IMG/VR virus record: IMGVR_UViG_3300042868_009489 | Direction: 5' to 3' (one strand) | Source of the DNA: a virus | Length of the DNA stretch: 64,000 nt | Shown here: positions 21,226-32,555 of the stretch, piece by piece | How positions within the stretch are numbered: position 1 is the first letter of the stretch | Layout: the number at the start of each line of letters is the position of its first letter | The notes under the pieces: model-generated | What the model saw: the letters and a program-made list of their open reading frames with translations, nothing else | What the model was told of the DNA's origin: nothing | Database searches by the model: none | Position numbers and translations under genes: made by a program

Positions 21226-21462
21226 TTAAGCAGTTGGTCCAATAAAGCTTGTACCGTCATATGTCCAACCGCCCATTACCTTTGTGCGGTCTTCACCTGA
21301 CAATACAATAAGCTTAGGGTCTGACGCTAGCACTGCGCAAAGATGCTCATGAACTACTGGAAACGGAACCTTGACCGCTACTTCACCATCTATAACAAAG
21401 GCGATCCAAATATGATTATCTGGCTCATCATGTGGGTATGGTTGATTCGGTATTTGACTCAT
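21226..21462 (-). CDS. Hypothetical protein, possibly fibre-associated
   Basis: 78 aa; AFVIDGEV..GWTYDGTSF. Confidence 0.6.
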   Translation of the reverse strand: MSQIPNQPYPHDEPDNHIWIAFVIDGEVAVKVPFPVVHEHLCAVLASDPKLIVLSGEDRTKVMGGWTYDGTSFIGPTA

Positions 21463-21534
21463 TTTTCTTCCTATCTATAAATTGATTTATTCATTATGAA
21501 TATTCTATCACAATAGTGTAAAGAATTTTCCATT

Positions 21535-22234
21535 TTAATAACAGAATATGAATAGGTTGAATGCACAACATGATGTTCCGTCATTATATGCTATCCATCT
21601 AGAGACATGGCCTTCTCCACCCGCACAATAACTGTTGCCATATCCGGCGTTTGTACAGTGCGGAGCGCAAGGTTGGTCGTTGTAAGTTCCATTTATCCAA
21701 CCGTTGCCACCGTCATAAGGAGTAACAAAATTCCATTGTGGAGAAACGCTCGGACAAGCATGAGTAGCACAATTTACGTAACCGCACCAACCATCTACAT
21801 ATGCCGTATCTCTTAAATACTCCCCACAACATCCATTGGCATACCAGCCCTGGAGCACTTGCCCATCACACGCTAGACGAACAAAAGTATCAAACGCCGG
21901 ACAACCAGCACATGGATCAAAGAACGGTGGGAAGAATGGTGGGAAATAAGGAGGGAAAAATGGTGGGAAGAAAGGTGGAAAATAAGGAGAAGTAATTGCA
22001 TAATCAATAGAAGATCCTAGTAGGATAACTTCTCCACCTGTTATTGTTGTATCTACCGTATTTAGAAGATCTAATATAGGATCAGCTTCTAATCTATTAT
22101 AGCTAGTTACATTTCCAACTGTAAAACCAGCGTTAGTTATTATAGTGTTGGCATTGGTAGCAGATGTGCCTTTTGCTATTGTAGGCTTTATAAATTTTCT
22201 GGCTCCGACCTGAGCTGCCCACTGGAATTGTCAT
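21535..22234 (-). CDS. PASTA-like + (F/Y)FPP repeat + Cys-rich C-terminal protein; +1 shift at CGG (C at 22207)
   Basis: MTIPVGSSG-(c)-GARKFIKPTIAKGT..NAGFTVGNVT..IDYAITSPYFPPFFPPFFPPYFPPFFPPFFDPCAGC, continuing in frame into the 107 aa ORF. Confidence 0.72.
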
Positions 22235-22238
22235 AAAA

Positions 22239-23366
22239 TTAAACCTTTAGATCGCCCATTACTACCCAAGTGTTAGCAGCTAACTTAACTAGTGTAGCAC
22301 CTGACCATCGAGCACGCAAACGATATCCAGGAGTTCCATTTACGGTAACTGAAGATCCAGCTATTGTTACTTCTCCAGTGCCAGCTCTTAAAAGATCTAT
22401 TCTATCTCCAGCTGATAAAATATTAGATACAGTTACTGTTGTATCAGAATTAGACTCAATTGTTACTAGTTTAGCTAAATCTGTACTTTGTAAAGTATAG
22501 CTTGTAGTTTGTGCGTTCAGGGTAGAATTAAATCCTGCCCTAGCTGGACCAGATACTAAGTCAGTTGTAGTAATAGAGTTACTTAATGATAATTTAGAAT
22601 AAGCAATGTTTGCCGAGGCACTGACCTTATTGTCGTTTATTCCTCCTGCTTTAACCATCAAGGCACCAGCATCCATATACATGCTGTTTTCATCAATTCG
22701 AACAACTCCAGCAACTGACTCTGAAGCGTATACGTGGTTTCCTGCGTTATACCCAGTAACTCTGCCGTTTTGGTCAATTGTTAAACCGGTAATAAAAATG
22801 CTTGTATTATTACTCGCATCAACAGTGACAGAAGTAGCAGCCAAAATTGGTAGACTGGCGTCATTAACCCAAGCGGTTCCATTCCATTTAAGGAAATCTC
22901 CAGATGATGGTGTTGCCGCAGAGACATCAAGAAGACCATCTAATCCAACAATAGGTCCTGGAGGTCCTTCTGGTCCCGTTGCACCATCTGCACCATCTGC
23001 ACCATCTGCACCTGGAGCACCTGCAGCACCTGCAGCACCGTTTATACCGTTTATACCGTTTTCACCATCGGCACCATCGGCACCAGGCGCACCAGGAGCA
23101 CCTGTATCGCCAGTTGCCCCCGTATCGCCAGTTGCTCCAGTGGCACCTGTAGCACCAGTTGGACCAACGACTGATGATGGAACCCAAGCAGTACCATTCC
23201 ATTGAAGAACTTCACCACTTGATGGAGTTGCCGCAGAAACATTCGACAAGCCATCTAAGGTAATGTTGTTTGCACCAATCCATTTTTCACCATTGAATTG
23301 CCAAGTAAAAGAACCTACGGTATAGGTTTCACCGTTTGTTGGGGAGTCTGGGAAGTTAATAGCCAT
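22239..23366 (-). CDS. Collagen-like fibre protein
   Basis: MAINFP N-terminus; Gly-X-Y run; C-terminal domain shared with the 927 aa protein. Confidence 0.8.
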   Translation of the reverse strand: MAINFPDSPTNGETYTVGSFTWQFNGEKWIGANNITLDGLSNVSAATPSSGEVLQWNGTAWVPSSVVGPTGATGATGATGDTGATGDTGAPGAPGADGADGENGINGINGAAGAAGAPGADGADGADGATGPEGPPGPIVGLDGLLDVSAATPSSGDFLKWNGTAWVNDASLPILAATSVTVDASNNTSIFITGLTIDQNGRVTGYNAGNHVYASESVAGVVRIDENSMYMDAGALMVKAGGINDNKVSASANIAYSKLSLSNSITTTDLVSGPARAGFNSTLNAQTTSYTLQSTDLAKLVTIESNSDTTVTVSNILSAGDRIDLLRAGTGEVTIAGSSVTVNGTPGYRLRARWSGATLVKLAANTWVVMGDLKV

Positions 23367-23371
23367 AACTG

Positions 23372-23596
23372 TTATGCTTCCAAATTATTATTTAGAGTGG
23401 AAAAAGTGTCGTTGTTGTCTTTCATGGCTTGGATGGTCGTTTCTGCCCATTGTTCGGCTTCTTCTTTTGTCCAGGGCGCACCGCCACTTGGGGAATCGGG
23501 TTGAATTATGGTATTGCGAAGAGTACTCCCCCTAACGATTCCTGTCTGTGTAATGGTGACTTTGTTTTGGTCGTCAACTTCGTATGTATATTCCAT
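23372..23596 (-). CDS. Hypothetical protein
   Basis: 74 aa with AAGGAG RBS. Confidence 0.6.
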   Translation of the reverse strand: MEYTYEVDDQNKVTITQTGIVRGSTLRNTIIQPDSPSGGAPWTKEEAEQWAETTIQAMKDNNDTFSTLNNNLEA

Positions 23597-23605
23597 GATG
23601 TCTCC

Positions 23606-26600
23606 TTAAACCACGTATTCTATGATTACAGCGCCATTTGAACCCATCATGGGGTAAGTAGTGCCTGTGTATCCTGCTGCTGTTCCAACAGTAAATGAAT
23701 AGACGTTTGATGGAACAACAGTAACTTGAAAAACCTCTATTACCCCATCTTGCCCACGGCTTGACTGTGCTTTAGTTTCAACTCTAGATTGGAAAAAGTC
23801 GCCTGAAAGCAATTCATACAGTGTCGATGCATAAGCAGTTGTTTTTCCTCCAACGCCTCCAGAGCCAGGGTACCTATTTTCTGCAGTAAGTTCTGACGAA
23901 GTAGAGCCACTACCTCCAGACACTCTTCCATCCTGGAAATAACTGTCATTAACAGTCTGTTCGTGGGACTGTCCTACTGTTCCACCAAGAGCCGTGTATG
24001 TTGTCCCACTAACAACAAAAGTTGTTGAGCCAGCAGTTCCTTCAGGAGCAGCAATACTGCTAACTGCTGAGTTTAGTTTAGATGTTGCCGTTGCCTGAGC
24101 AATACCGCCTGCCCCGCCTGCACCAATAAGTGTCAGTTTTATTTGTGTGACACCAGCAGGACAAGTCCATGTTCCGCTTCCGTTTGTTGTGTACTTTGCA
24201 ACATAGATTTTGGGAGTTGTAATTGCCGCGGTAACAAATGCTGTTGTCGCTACTGCCGTAGTGTTATTTCCAGCCGACTGTGTAGTCGCAATTGTTCCTG
24301 TTGGAAGTGTCGGAGTACCAGTAAAAGTTGGACTATCAAGAGGTGCTTTTAGCCCAATAGCAGTCGCTGTCGTAGTAGCAAAGTTTGTGTCATCTCCAAG
24401 CGCTGCGGCTAGTTCATCGAGTGTGTTCAATGTTGCTGGGGCAGAATCTACAATTGCCGCTACTGCCGCATCTGTATAAGCAGTTGTAGCAATTTGAGTG
24501 TTATTCGTTCCAGGGGCAGCAGTTGGTGCAGTTGGTGTTCCGGTTAAGTCTGGGCTAGCCAAAGGTGCCTTAGTATCGATCTGTGTTTGAATAGCGGAAG
24601 TGACACCATCTAGATAACCAATTTCTGTGTCTGTGACGTTGGTGACTCGTGTCTGAATCACACTTGTATTAACAGCAATCGTTGGTGTTGCTCCCTCACC
24701 AGAGTTATTAGAAAGGATCACACCCGTTCCAGCAACCAATGATGTTACATATGAACCAGTTGTGTCTGTACCTAAATCAATAACATCATTGACCCAAGCA
24801 GTTCCGCTCCACTTAAGAAAATCCCCAGTTGATGGTGTTGCCGCAGAGACATCAAGAAGACCATCTAACGCAACAACAGGTCCAGTTGGTCCTGTGGCAC
24901 CAGTTGGTCCTGTGGCACCAGTTGGTCCTGTGGCACCAGTTGGTCCTGTGGCACCAGTTGGTCCTGTGGCACCAGTTGGTCCTGTGGCACCAGTTGGTCC
25001 TGTGGCACCAGTTTCACCCTGAGCACCAGCTCCGCCAACTATTTCAACCCAAAATGAGTCATAATAAACAAAAGTTTTTCCAGTATCAGACTCATACCAG
25101 AGTTGACCAGCCAATGGTGATACTGGGGCTGTATCAGAGATAGTTGCGCCACCAATAATGGTTTCAGCTACCCAAGCGGTACCGTTCCACTTTAAGAATT
25201 GCCCACTTGATGGAGTTGCGGCAGAAACATTACCTATATCGTCTAAGGTATTAATTGTTGGTATATTAGCATTTATCCAATTGGTTCCATCAAACTTTAA
25301 GAATTGTCCTGTAGCATTTCCGCTAATAACTACGTCATCCATGTCTGTTGTTAGATCAAGTTTTCTATTTATCCATTTACTTCCGTTGTACAATAGTGCG
25401 TCTCCACTACTTACGGAACCTAACATTACGTCACCAGACAAGTTATCTAATCTACCAGAGATTACAACGGCAGTACTTTGAATTGCAGCATAGATGACAA
25501 TTTGCATTTCGTCTTGATCTGGTGGAGTTTCAAAGTTTACAGTTACATAGTCCTCTGAATAAGCACCTAGTGAATTAGTGGTACTCCATCTAGCTTGTAT
25601 AACTTCATGTGTTGCATTACTTCTTATTGTCACTACAACATCTGCTGTATTAAAGCCATGATAAATTGTAAAGTCAGTATTTGTACCATTACCTCGAGTA
25701 ACAGAAATTGTTGTTCCTTCAGGTTGTTCAGGAAGAATACTATTTATCCATTTTCCTAAACCACTATCCCATATAAGAACTTGCCCATTTAGAACATTAT
25801 TGGTAAGAACGTCTGAAAGTTTAGCCGTATTAAAAGCGCTGTTTATCCAAGCTGAACCATTATGTAATAAAACATTATTTGCTGTAGCATTTGAAAGAGT
25901 GACGCCAGATAAGTCGTCTAATGTTCTATTATTAATATACGTTACGGCATTTGAATAGGCTGTATTCCCAACTGTATCAGCATAAGCGCTTACGCTTGAC
26001 GCCGAGTTTGCTATATTGGAAACCATGTTTGTAGTATAAGAGTCTGCTACTTTAATAACTGGCGTCATTCCTTCACCAGAATTATCAGTTATTGTTATAC
26101 CGGTGCCAGAAACTAAGTTTGCCACATACTGACCTGTTGTGTCTGCGCCAAGTGCTACGGAATTAGAGGCAATTGTTGTTGTTATGGTTACGTTTGCACT
26201 ACCGTCTATCCAAACATCACCAGTTACGTCACCATCTAAGATAATTTTTCTTTGATTAGTCCAGACTAATGCATTGCTTGCTGTGCCGGTTACGTTCCCA
26301 GTGTGTACTCCATTGCTATTTCCAGTTACATTACCTGTGACATTACCAGTTAAATTACCAGTTACATCTCCTGTGATATTACCAGTTACATTTCCAGTTA
26401 CATTACCTGTGACATTGCCTACCAAAGCAGCCGTTACTTGGTTGAAGGCAACGTTTGCATTAGTGGCAACTGATTGAGGAATTGAGATAGTTGGGACTGA
26501 AGCTTCACCGGAATTGTTCGTAATTATTATACCAGTACCAGCGCTGAGGTGATCTACATAATCACCAATCGTATCTGTAGATAAATTAATAGCATCATTA

Positions 26601-27475
26601 ATCCAAACAGATCCATTATATCTAAAAAAATCACCATTGGCTACGTTGCTAAGAGTAACATCTGTTAAATCATCGATTGATGCATTCAGTGTAGCTAGGG
26701 TAACAGTATTACTAATCCAGGCAGATCCGTTATATCTAAAGAAGTCACCATTGGCTGGAGTGGTTAAGGTAACATCTGTTAGATCATTTATTACTGCATT
26801 CAGTGTTATCGTTGGAGTGGTAGTTTCTCCAGAGTTATTAGCTAAAGAAATTCCTGTTCCAGCAACTAAAGAAGCAACATAATCACCAGTTGTGTCAGTA
26901 CCTAAAGCTACAGAATTAGCAACTATAGTTGCAGTAAGAGTTACATTAGCAGAACCATCTATCGAAACGTTTCCAGATAAGTCACCACCTAAAGTGATTA
27001 ATCTGGAATTAGTCCATTTTGCTGCTGAACCAGTATATGCATTTGCTGATAATACTTCTGTTCCATTGATCTTAATTACTTTTCCTGAAGCAAGATCTAT
27101 ATTTTCGGAAGAAGTCCAAGATCCAGTGCTATTACTCCAGTTGAAGGTTTTATCCGTAGCTCCTTTTAGTGTTATTCCACCACCATCTGCTGTTATGTTA
27201 GATGGTGAGGATACATTAGCAAGTTCAATGTTTTTATCTTCAACAAAAATTGATTCTGCATTTACTGTAACAGTAGTGCCATTAACGGTAAGATTTCCAG
27301 AAACTACTAAATTTCCAGAAACCTGAACACTATCCTCTGTTGTTATTTGAGTATTTGAAGTTTGAAGTAAATTTAAAGATGAACTAACTAATGCACCATT
27401 GCTATCTTTGAAGAAGAATACTCCAGAGCTAGGATCAATGGCTATTTGGCTACTAGTAATACTTGGATTAGCCAC
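23606..27475 (-). CDS. Long fibre protein with collagen and GNVT repeats and a glycine-rich C-terminal domain
   Basis: 1289 aa; VEDKNIEL domain, LxDLxDV..YNGS.W repeats, (GNVT)n, (GATGPT)7, WTCPAGV..GAGGAGG terminal domain. Confidence 0.8.
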   Translation of the reverse strand: MANPSITSSQIAIDPSSGVFFFKDSNGALVSSSLNLLQTSNTQITTEDSVQVSGNLVVSGNLTVNGTTVTVNAESIFVEDKNIELANVSSPSNITADGGGITLKGATDKTFNWSNSTGSWTSSENIDLASGKVIKINGTEVLSANAYTGSAAKWTNSRLITLGGDLSGNVSIDGSANVTLTATIVANSVALGTDTTGDYVASLVAGTGISLANNSGETTTPTITLNAVINDLTDVTLTTPANGDFFRYNGSAWISNTVTLATLNASIDDLTDVTLSNVANGDFFRYNGSVWINDAINLSTDTIGDYVDHLSAGTGIIITNNSGEASVPTISIPQSVATNANVAFNQVTAALVGNVTGNVTGNVTGNITGDVTGNLTGNVTGNVTGNSNGVHTGNVTGTASNALVWTNQRKIILDGDVTGDVWIDGSANVTITTTIASNSVALGADTTGQYVANLVSGTGITITDNSGEGMTPVIKVADSYTTNMVSNIANSASSVSAYADTVGNTAYSNAVTYINNRTLDDLSGVTLSNATANNVLLHNGSAWINSAFNTAKLSDVLTNNVLNGQVLIWDSGLGKWINSILPEQPEGTTISVTRGNGTNTDFTIYHGFNTADVVVTIRSNATHEVIQARWSTTNSLGAYSEDYVTVNFETPPDQDEMQIVIYAAIQSTAVVISGRLDNLSGDVMLGSVSSGDALLYNGSKWINRKLDLTTDMDDVVISGNATGQFLKFDGTNWINANIPTINTLDDIGNVSAATPSSGQFLKWNGTAWVAETIIGGATISDTAPVSPLAGQLWYESDTGKTFVYYDSFWVEIVGGAGAQGETGATGPTGATGPTGATGPTGATGPTGATGPTGATGPTGATGPTGPVVALDGLLDVSAATPSTGDFLKWSGTAWVNDVIDLGTDTTGSYVTSLVAGTGVILSNNSGEGATPTIAVNTSVIQTRVTNVTDTEIGYLDGVTSAIQTQIDTKAPLASPDLTGTPTAPTAAPGTNNTQIATTAYTDAAVAAIVDSAPATLNTLDELAAALGDDTNFATTTATAIGLKAPLDSPTFTGTPTLPTGTIATTQSAGNNTTAVATTAFVTAAITTPKIYVAKYTTNGSGTWTCPAGVTQIKLTLIGAGGAGGIAQATATSKLNSAVSSIAAPEGTAGSTTFVVSGTTYTALGGTVGQSHEQTVNDSYFQDGRVSGGSGSTSSELTAENRYPGSGGVGGKTTAYASTLYELLSGDFFQSRVETKAQSSRGQDGVIEVFQVTVVPSNVYSFTVGTAAGYTGTTYPMMGSNGAVIIEYVV
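24882..25007. repeat. 7 perfect copies of the 18-bp unit ccagttggtcctgtggca (GATGPT collagen)
   Basis: Read directly from the sequence. Confidence 0.95.
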
Positions 27476-27494
27476 TATAAAACCTTTCCTTTAT

Positions 27495-29771
27495 TTAGAA
27501 AGTTCCACCGTCTACTGTGTCACTCCATGCAGGTACTCCTGCTACAACTTTTAAGAATTGATCACTAGTACCTATTGATAATTTAGATAATGTGTTTGTT
27601 GCACTAGCGTAAACTATATCTCCAGTTGCATAAGTTGAAAATCCAGTACCACCCTTGCCAGAAGCAATGACTGTACCACTCCATGTTCCAGTTGTAATTG
27701 TTCCAACTGTTACAATGTCATCATCACCAGAATATGTTCCAGCAGCAACGTTTGCTAATATTGAGCTATAAGCTTGTACATTTGAGCCAATTGCTAGACC
27801 TAATGCAGTTCTTGCGCTATCAGCAGTTGTTGAACCAGTACCACCGTAAGCAATTGCTACAGCAGTTCCTTGCCATGCACCTGTTGCTATTGTTCCAACT
27901 GAAGTCAAGCTTGAAGTGACTACACCAGAACCAAGTGTTGTATTACTTAACACCGATGTTCCGTTAATTTCATAAACTTTACCAGAAACTAAATTCATAT
28001 TCTCTGATGAAGTCCATGCATCTGTTGCATCAACCCAGGTAAGCGTCTTATCTGTTGCACCGAGAATTGTAATACCAGCACCGTCAGCAGTTATATCAGA
28101 TGGTGTTGCAACATTAGCAAGAACTATATTCTTATCTTCAACAACTAATGTTCCAGTATTGAGAGTTGTAGTGTTTCCCTGAACTATTAAGTCCCCAGTT
28201 ACTGTAAGAGTGTTTCCAATTGTTACATCATCTGGAAGACCAATTGTGATTACTCCAGTGTAAGGACCAGTTCCAGTACCAGAAACAGTAACCTCATTTG
28301 AGGTACCGGTTATTGATGTAACTGCAGCGGTTGTTAAGTCGCTAATTTGTGATCCAGTAATTGAAATTGCTGTATTTCCAGCAGCCGTTAAACGACCCTG
28401 TGCGTCAACTGTGAATGTTCCAACAGTACCCGCACCACCATAACCACCAGCTGAAACAGTTGTGTTAGCAATTTTGTTTGCAGTAACTGCTCTATCATCA
28501 ATTTTTCCCGTAGTGATTGCTGCATCGACCATCATTGAAGTCGATATTGTGCTGTTTGGCAGTACTACAGTTCCTGTAAAAGTTGGACTTGCAAGTGGTG
28601 CTTTTAGATCAAGTGCAGTCTGGGTTGCGGTAGAAATTGGTTTACTTGCATCAGATGTGTTATCTACGTTTCCAAGACCAACGCTTGATTTTGTTACCGA
28701 GTAGTTAACTTTTGCATTTGCATCGTCGTAAGTAACTGTGATTCCATCTTGTGTGCCATTAGTTACTAATGTTCCAAAAGCATCTTGAGCGGCTTCGGCA
28801 AAATCTGTAACTGCTGTTGATGCAATTGAGATTGCAGTATTAGCAGCAGCTGTTAGACGACCTTGTGCATCAACTGTGTAATTTGGAACCGTACTTGCAT
28901 TACCGTATGAGCCAGCTGTTACAGCTGTACTGTCAAGATTTAATGTAATTGTATCTGTCGTTGCAGCAGATGTTAAACCAGTTCCGCCAGAAATTGTAAA
29001 GGTATCACCAGCTGTAATTGTTTGACTTGATCCACCATCTGCTGCTGCTGTAAATGATTGTGCGGCTACAGAAAAATCGACCTTTGCGTTTGCGTCATCG
29101 TAGGTAACTGTAATTCCAGATTGTGAACCACCAGATACCAATGTGCCATAAGCGTCTTGCGATGCTTCGTTAAAATCTGAAACTTGACTTGCTGTTATTG
29201 AGATTGATGTATTTCCTGCTGCCGTTAAACGACCTTGGGCATCGACAGTAAATGTTCCAACGGTACCTGCGCCTCCGTAAGAGCCACTTGTAACAGTCGT
29301 GCTATCAAGATTTAAGGTTATAGTATCAGTAGCTCCTGCAACTGAAGTCAATCCCGTGCCACCAGCAATCGTTAATGTATCAGATCCGCTTGTAATCGTT
29401 TGATTAGATCCAGAATCTCCAGCTACAGTAAATGATGTAGCTATGTTTGCAATTGTATTATTTACACCAGATATGCTTCCATCAACATATAGTTTTGTTG
29501 CAGCATGGTTGTTTGCAGTTGGTGTTGCGACAATTGTTGTACCGCTAAATGTTTTGTTACCAGTTATTGTTTGAACGGTTCCCAAAGAAACAAATGCGCC
29601 AACACCGGCAATGGCTGGAACTGTATTTGCAGTGCCAGTGCCGTCGTCTCCATAACCATAATAAAGTGTATTGTCAGCTTCGTTATAAGCTAACTCTGCG
29701 TTCTTAAGAGAGCTTGGCGCACCTGCTAAGCCAGTGCCAGCTCTTCTTTTGATTCTTAATATATTAGCCAT
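27495..29771 (-). CDS. Fibre-like structural protein
   Basis: 758 aa; MANILRIKR..ELAYNE N-terminus; three FTVDAQGRLTAA-type repeats; ends DGGTF. Confidence 0.75.
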   Translation of the reverse strand: MANILRIKRRAGTGLAGAPSSLKNAELAYNEADNTLYYGYGDDGTGTANTVPAIAGVGAFVSLGTVQTITGNKTFSGTTIVATPTANNHAATKLYVDGSISGVNNTIANIATSFTVAGDSGSNQTITSGSDTLTIAGGTGLTSVAGATDTITLNLDSTTVTSGSYGGAGTVGTFTVDAQGRLTAAGNTSISITASQVSDFNEASQDAYGTLVSGGSQSGITVTYDDANAKVDFSVAAQSFTAAADGGSSQTITAGDTFTISGGTGLTSAATTDTITLNLDSTAVTAGSYGNASTVPNYTVDAQGRLTAAANTAISIASTAVTDFAEAAQDAFGTLVTNGTQDGITVTYDDANAKVNYSVTKSSVGLGNVDNTSDASKPISTATQTALDLKAPLASPTFTGTVVLPNSTISTSMMVDAAITTGKIDDRAVTANKIANTTVSAGGYGGAGTVGTFTVDAQGRLTAAGNTAISITGSQISDLTTAAVTSITGTSNEVTVSGTGTGPYTGVITIGLPDDVTIGNTLTVTGDLIVQGNTTTLNTGTLVVEDKNIVLANVATPSDITADGAGITILGATDKTLTWVDATDAWTSSENMNLVSGKVYEINGTSVLSNTTLGSGVVTSSLTSVGTIATGAWQGTAVAIAYGGTGSTTADSARTALGLAIGSNVQAYSSILANVAAGTYSGDDDIVTVGTITTGTWSGTVIASGKGGTGFSTYATGDIVYASATNTLSKLSIGTSDQFLKVVAGVPAWSDTVDGGTF

Positions 29772-30125
29772 TTAAAAATTTCCTCCATTAATACTAAGTT
29801 CTGCGCTGTTATTACTCAGCGATTCAACAGACTTATTGACCCATTGAGACCCATTATAAATTAAAACATCCTTAGTTCCAACATTGCTTATAGTAACATC
29901 TCCTATGCCATTTAAACTGCTAATGTTTGACTCTACTTCTATTATTCTATCTTTAACAGTAAGATGAGAACCAGCTGGATTAAGCCCCAGAGTGGTCTGC
30001 AAGGCCTCTACAGCGTCGTTTAGGTTGGCATGCTGTTGATGGTGTGGTACTGTGTTTGAATTGAGCTTATCATTTGCTGTTGGATTTATCAAAACATCTA
30101 ATTGATTTGGATAATTTGTTGTCAT
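29772..30125 (-). CDS. Small structural protein
   Basis: 117 aa; TNYP..LD..H...HANLNDAV.ALQ..LG; ends INGGNF. Confidence 0.65.
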   Translation of the reverse strand: MTTNYPNQLDVLINPTANDKLNSNTVPHHQQHANLNDAVEALQTTLGLNPAGSHLTVKDRIIEVESNISSLNGIGDVTISNVGTKDVLIYNGSQWVNKSVESLSNNSAELSINGGNF

Positions 30126-30133
30126 ATATCTTC

Positions 30134-30544
30134 CTATAGGCTAATAATTTTTGTTGAAGTATTATTCCATTGTAACGCCATTGACGAGGGCTCTGCGGTG
30201 CCAGAAAAAGGTAGGCCTTCAGAATCATCTATAAAAGCTATTAACCTTGAATCGGAATCAGCTGTACCATACTGGTAAAAGACAACTGCATTAAATGCTG
30301 CTCCATCATAAAAAATAGTTAAGTCATCTGCGTCCAAGACCCCTAAATCATTAGACACATTAGTTAATGCTGCACTTCTATATTTTTTTGCTGCCGTTGG
30401 TATGATTGAAAGGAATTCATCAGAATTTTGATTTGGGGTATATAAAGAAGTATCTACAAAAGCAACTTTAAGACTATTTGCTGATAGGTTTATTTCACCA
30501 CTCAACATGGATTCTTTTGCTTTTTTATATACAAAATTAGCCAT
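30134..30544 (-). CDS. Virion structural protein (start probably MANFVY)
   Basis: MAN.VY..AK..L.G.I.L..DSRLIAFID..GLP..QW pattern seen in phage structural genes. Confidence 0.65.
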   Translation of the reverse strand: MANFVYKKAKESMLSGEINLSANSLKVAFVDTSLYTPNQNSDEFLSIIPTAAKKYRSAALTNVSNDLGVLDADDLTIFYDGAAFNAVVFYQYGTADSDSRLIAFIDDSEGLPFSGTAEPSSMALQWNNTSTKIISL

Positions 30545-30545
30545 A

Positions 30546-31319
30546 TTATATACCCACATCTTTTGAAACTGTTATTCTATACTTATAACCTTTTTCAAAA
30601 TAATCTTTATTGTTAGTATAATATGATGGTGTTGCATCTAGCAATGAAGGAAAGTCTATGTAGATTTCAGGTTTCCAAGAATGCATTTGAGTAACCGTCT
30701 CAACATTCTCCCAACGAGACGGTGACTTCTGAATCTTTTTTCTTTGAGCCTTAAAATACTTAGTAGATAAAAAGTTAGAAGCTGGACGAGCATTAAAGGT
30801 AATAGTGACTCTTCCATCATTGTTATCATTTGCTATGTAAAAAGATCCATTTTTTGGCTCAACAGAATCAATATAGAATTCTGGATTTTTAGCTATAATT
30901 TGATAACTACTGTAGGCTTCGGTTAAGATTGAATTATCTTCTACTAAAATTTCCTCCATCACCGGAACAACAGAAGTTGAAAAACCAGAAGGCGTAGCTG
31001 CATCTTGTTTTGTAAATTTTATATACTCTTCTGCTACAACTTCATTTGCAGAGTCTAATATGCCTACTACTCTTAGGTAGTATTCTTGACCAGAAACAAG
31101 GACCTTATCCCAGTAAAGAGTTAGGGTTCTAGATATTGTATTGTAGTCAGCCAATGAGTTAATATCCTTAAAAGGATTAGACACAAGGGTAGGTGTTGCG
31201 GCTGATGTTTGAACAATAAATTTATTATTTGTTATAGAACTAATTTTTACTGTTCTGCCAAATTTAATTTTTACTTTATCGACACCCACTGAGGCATAAT
31301 CTATTAAATTTAATGGCAC
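30546..31319 (-). CDS. Ig-like domain virion protein
   Basis: 257 aa; two beta-sandwich-like halves; GAGGAG RBS. Confidence 0.55.
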   Translation of the reverse strand: MPLNLIDYASVGVDKVKIKFGRTVKISSITNNKFIVQTSAATPTLVSNPFKDINSLADYNTISRTLTLYWDKVLVSGQEYYLRVVGILDSANEVVAEEYIKFTKQDAATPSGFSTSVVPVMEEILVEDNSILTEAYSSYQIIAKNPEFYIDSVEPKNGSFYIANDNNDGRVTITFNARPASNFLSTKYFKAQRKKIQKSPSRWENVETVTQMHSWKPEIYIDFPSLLDATPSYYTNNKDYFEKGYKYRITVSKDVGI

Positions 31320-31371
31320 GATTTATCTCCTCAGGAAAAGACTTATACTTAACTAGTAATGGGGGTGGTGC

Positions 31372-31401
31372 AAAAAAATAAGGGGCAGCTTTCGCTGCCC
31401 C
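31372..31401 (-). terminator. Intrinsic terminator after the major capsid gene
   Basis: GGGGCAGC-GAAA-GCTGCCCC followed by TTATTTTTTT on the minus strand. Confidence 0.85.
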
Positions 31402-31447
31402 CTACTTTCTAAGACTGTGTCGTAACTATAACAGTCCTAAGGTTCTA

Positions 31448-32503
31448 TTACATTTCGTTAGTAACTTGTACTTCGTAGTTACGGGCAAGTCTAACGTTCT
31501 TAGCAACTGTGATACCTTCACCGTCACCAAGCATTACGATGTCGTAACGCTCTTTCATCTTCATCGAACGAATGTCACGTGACGGATCATCAAATTGATC
31601 TGTGCTCATGTCATCCTTGACGAGAAGACTGCCAACCTCATTACGATCAATGAGGAACAGGTCTGACTTAGCTAATGTTGCACCGCTCTTAGCTGTGAAG
31701 CTAACAAATGGTGACACTAACACGTTCAAACCCATAGGGGCTGTTGCGTTAACTGCGCCATCCTTCGACTGTGGACGGTAGCCCCAGCTGGTATTAACAG
31801 CTGATGCAGCGCCGCCCATGTGGAAGATCGAGTCCTTGAGGAAGACCGACCACATCAGTGGGTGAAGAATGAAGTCTGTTGGTATATGGTTTTCGGCCAT
31901 TAGAACAGCTGCCATGTCGACAACATCGTCCCAGGTAACAGTGCTGTTGTAAGCACCATCAATCCCACGACCTGTTGTATCGTCATAGCTGCCACTGTCG
32001 TTGTCGAATACAATTGTAGCTGCATCCTTAAAACGACTAAGAGCAATTTGCTCTTTCAAACGTGCCATTGCACGGCCTGCGGCACGTACATGGAGGCCTA
32101 CGATGTCCCAAAGAGAATCGGCAATAACTTCCTCTGTGAAAGCCAGCTTAACGCCCTTCTTCGACACCTTACCCTCGATTTGCTTAGCAAATGCGAGAGC
32201 TTGTTCTGGGTATTCTTGTCCTTCTGGGATCTCAGCAGCTTGAATTGCGTTTACCGCTGGAAATTCCAAAGAACGACCCTTACCAAGGCGTACTGTAGAA
32301 AGAAGCGGGGTTACCAAAAGCTGTGGTTCGGCTGCTTCGCGCAGAGTACGAGAAATTACTTTAGGAAACAAAGCGGCTGCGTCTGACGAACCGAATGCTT
32401 CCTTGATTGTAACTCTGTTATCTGTGTCGATGTAACCATCTTCAGCAAATGCGGCTTCCCAAGCTGGGAGACCCGAGAGGAGTTCTTGGATTGTCTTACT
32501 CAT
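31448..32503 (-). CDS. Major capsid protein (HK97 fold likely)
   Basis: 351 aa; EIPEGQEYP, K.GVKLAFTEEVI.DS.WD, ARLKE, ERYD; strong RBS; terminator downstream. Confidence 0.85.
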   Translation of the reverse strand: MSKTIQELLSGLPAWEAAFAEDGYIDTDNRVTIKEAFGSSDAAALFPKVISRTLREAAEPQLLVTPLLSTVRLGKGRSLEFPAVNAIQAAEIPEGQEYPEQALAFAKQIEGKVSKKGVKLAFTEEVIADSLWDIVGLHVRAAGRAMARLKEQIALSRFKDAATIVFDNDSGSYDDTTGRGIDGAYNSTVTWDDVVDMAAVLMAENHIPTDFILHPLMWSVFLKDSIFHMGGAASAVNTSWGYRPQSKDGAVNATAPMGLNVLVSPFVSFTAKSGATLAKSDLFLIDRNEVGSLLVKDDMSTDQFDDPSRDIRSMKMKERYDIVMLGDGEGITVAKNVRLARNYEVQVTNEM

Positions 32504-32555
32504 CTAGGATATTTCCTCCTGTTTAATTATTTCTTTTTTTATTTTCTTTTTTTTA

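Noticed and set aside
22270-29693. Numerous plus-strand ORFs opposite the fibre genes
   Set aside because: They are antisense shadows of repetitive Gly/Thr/Ala codons and lack RBS or motifs.
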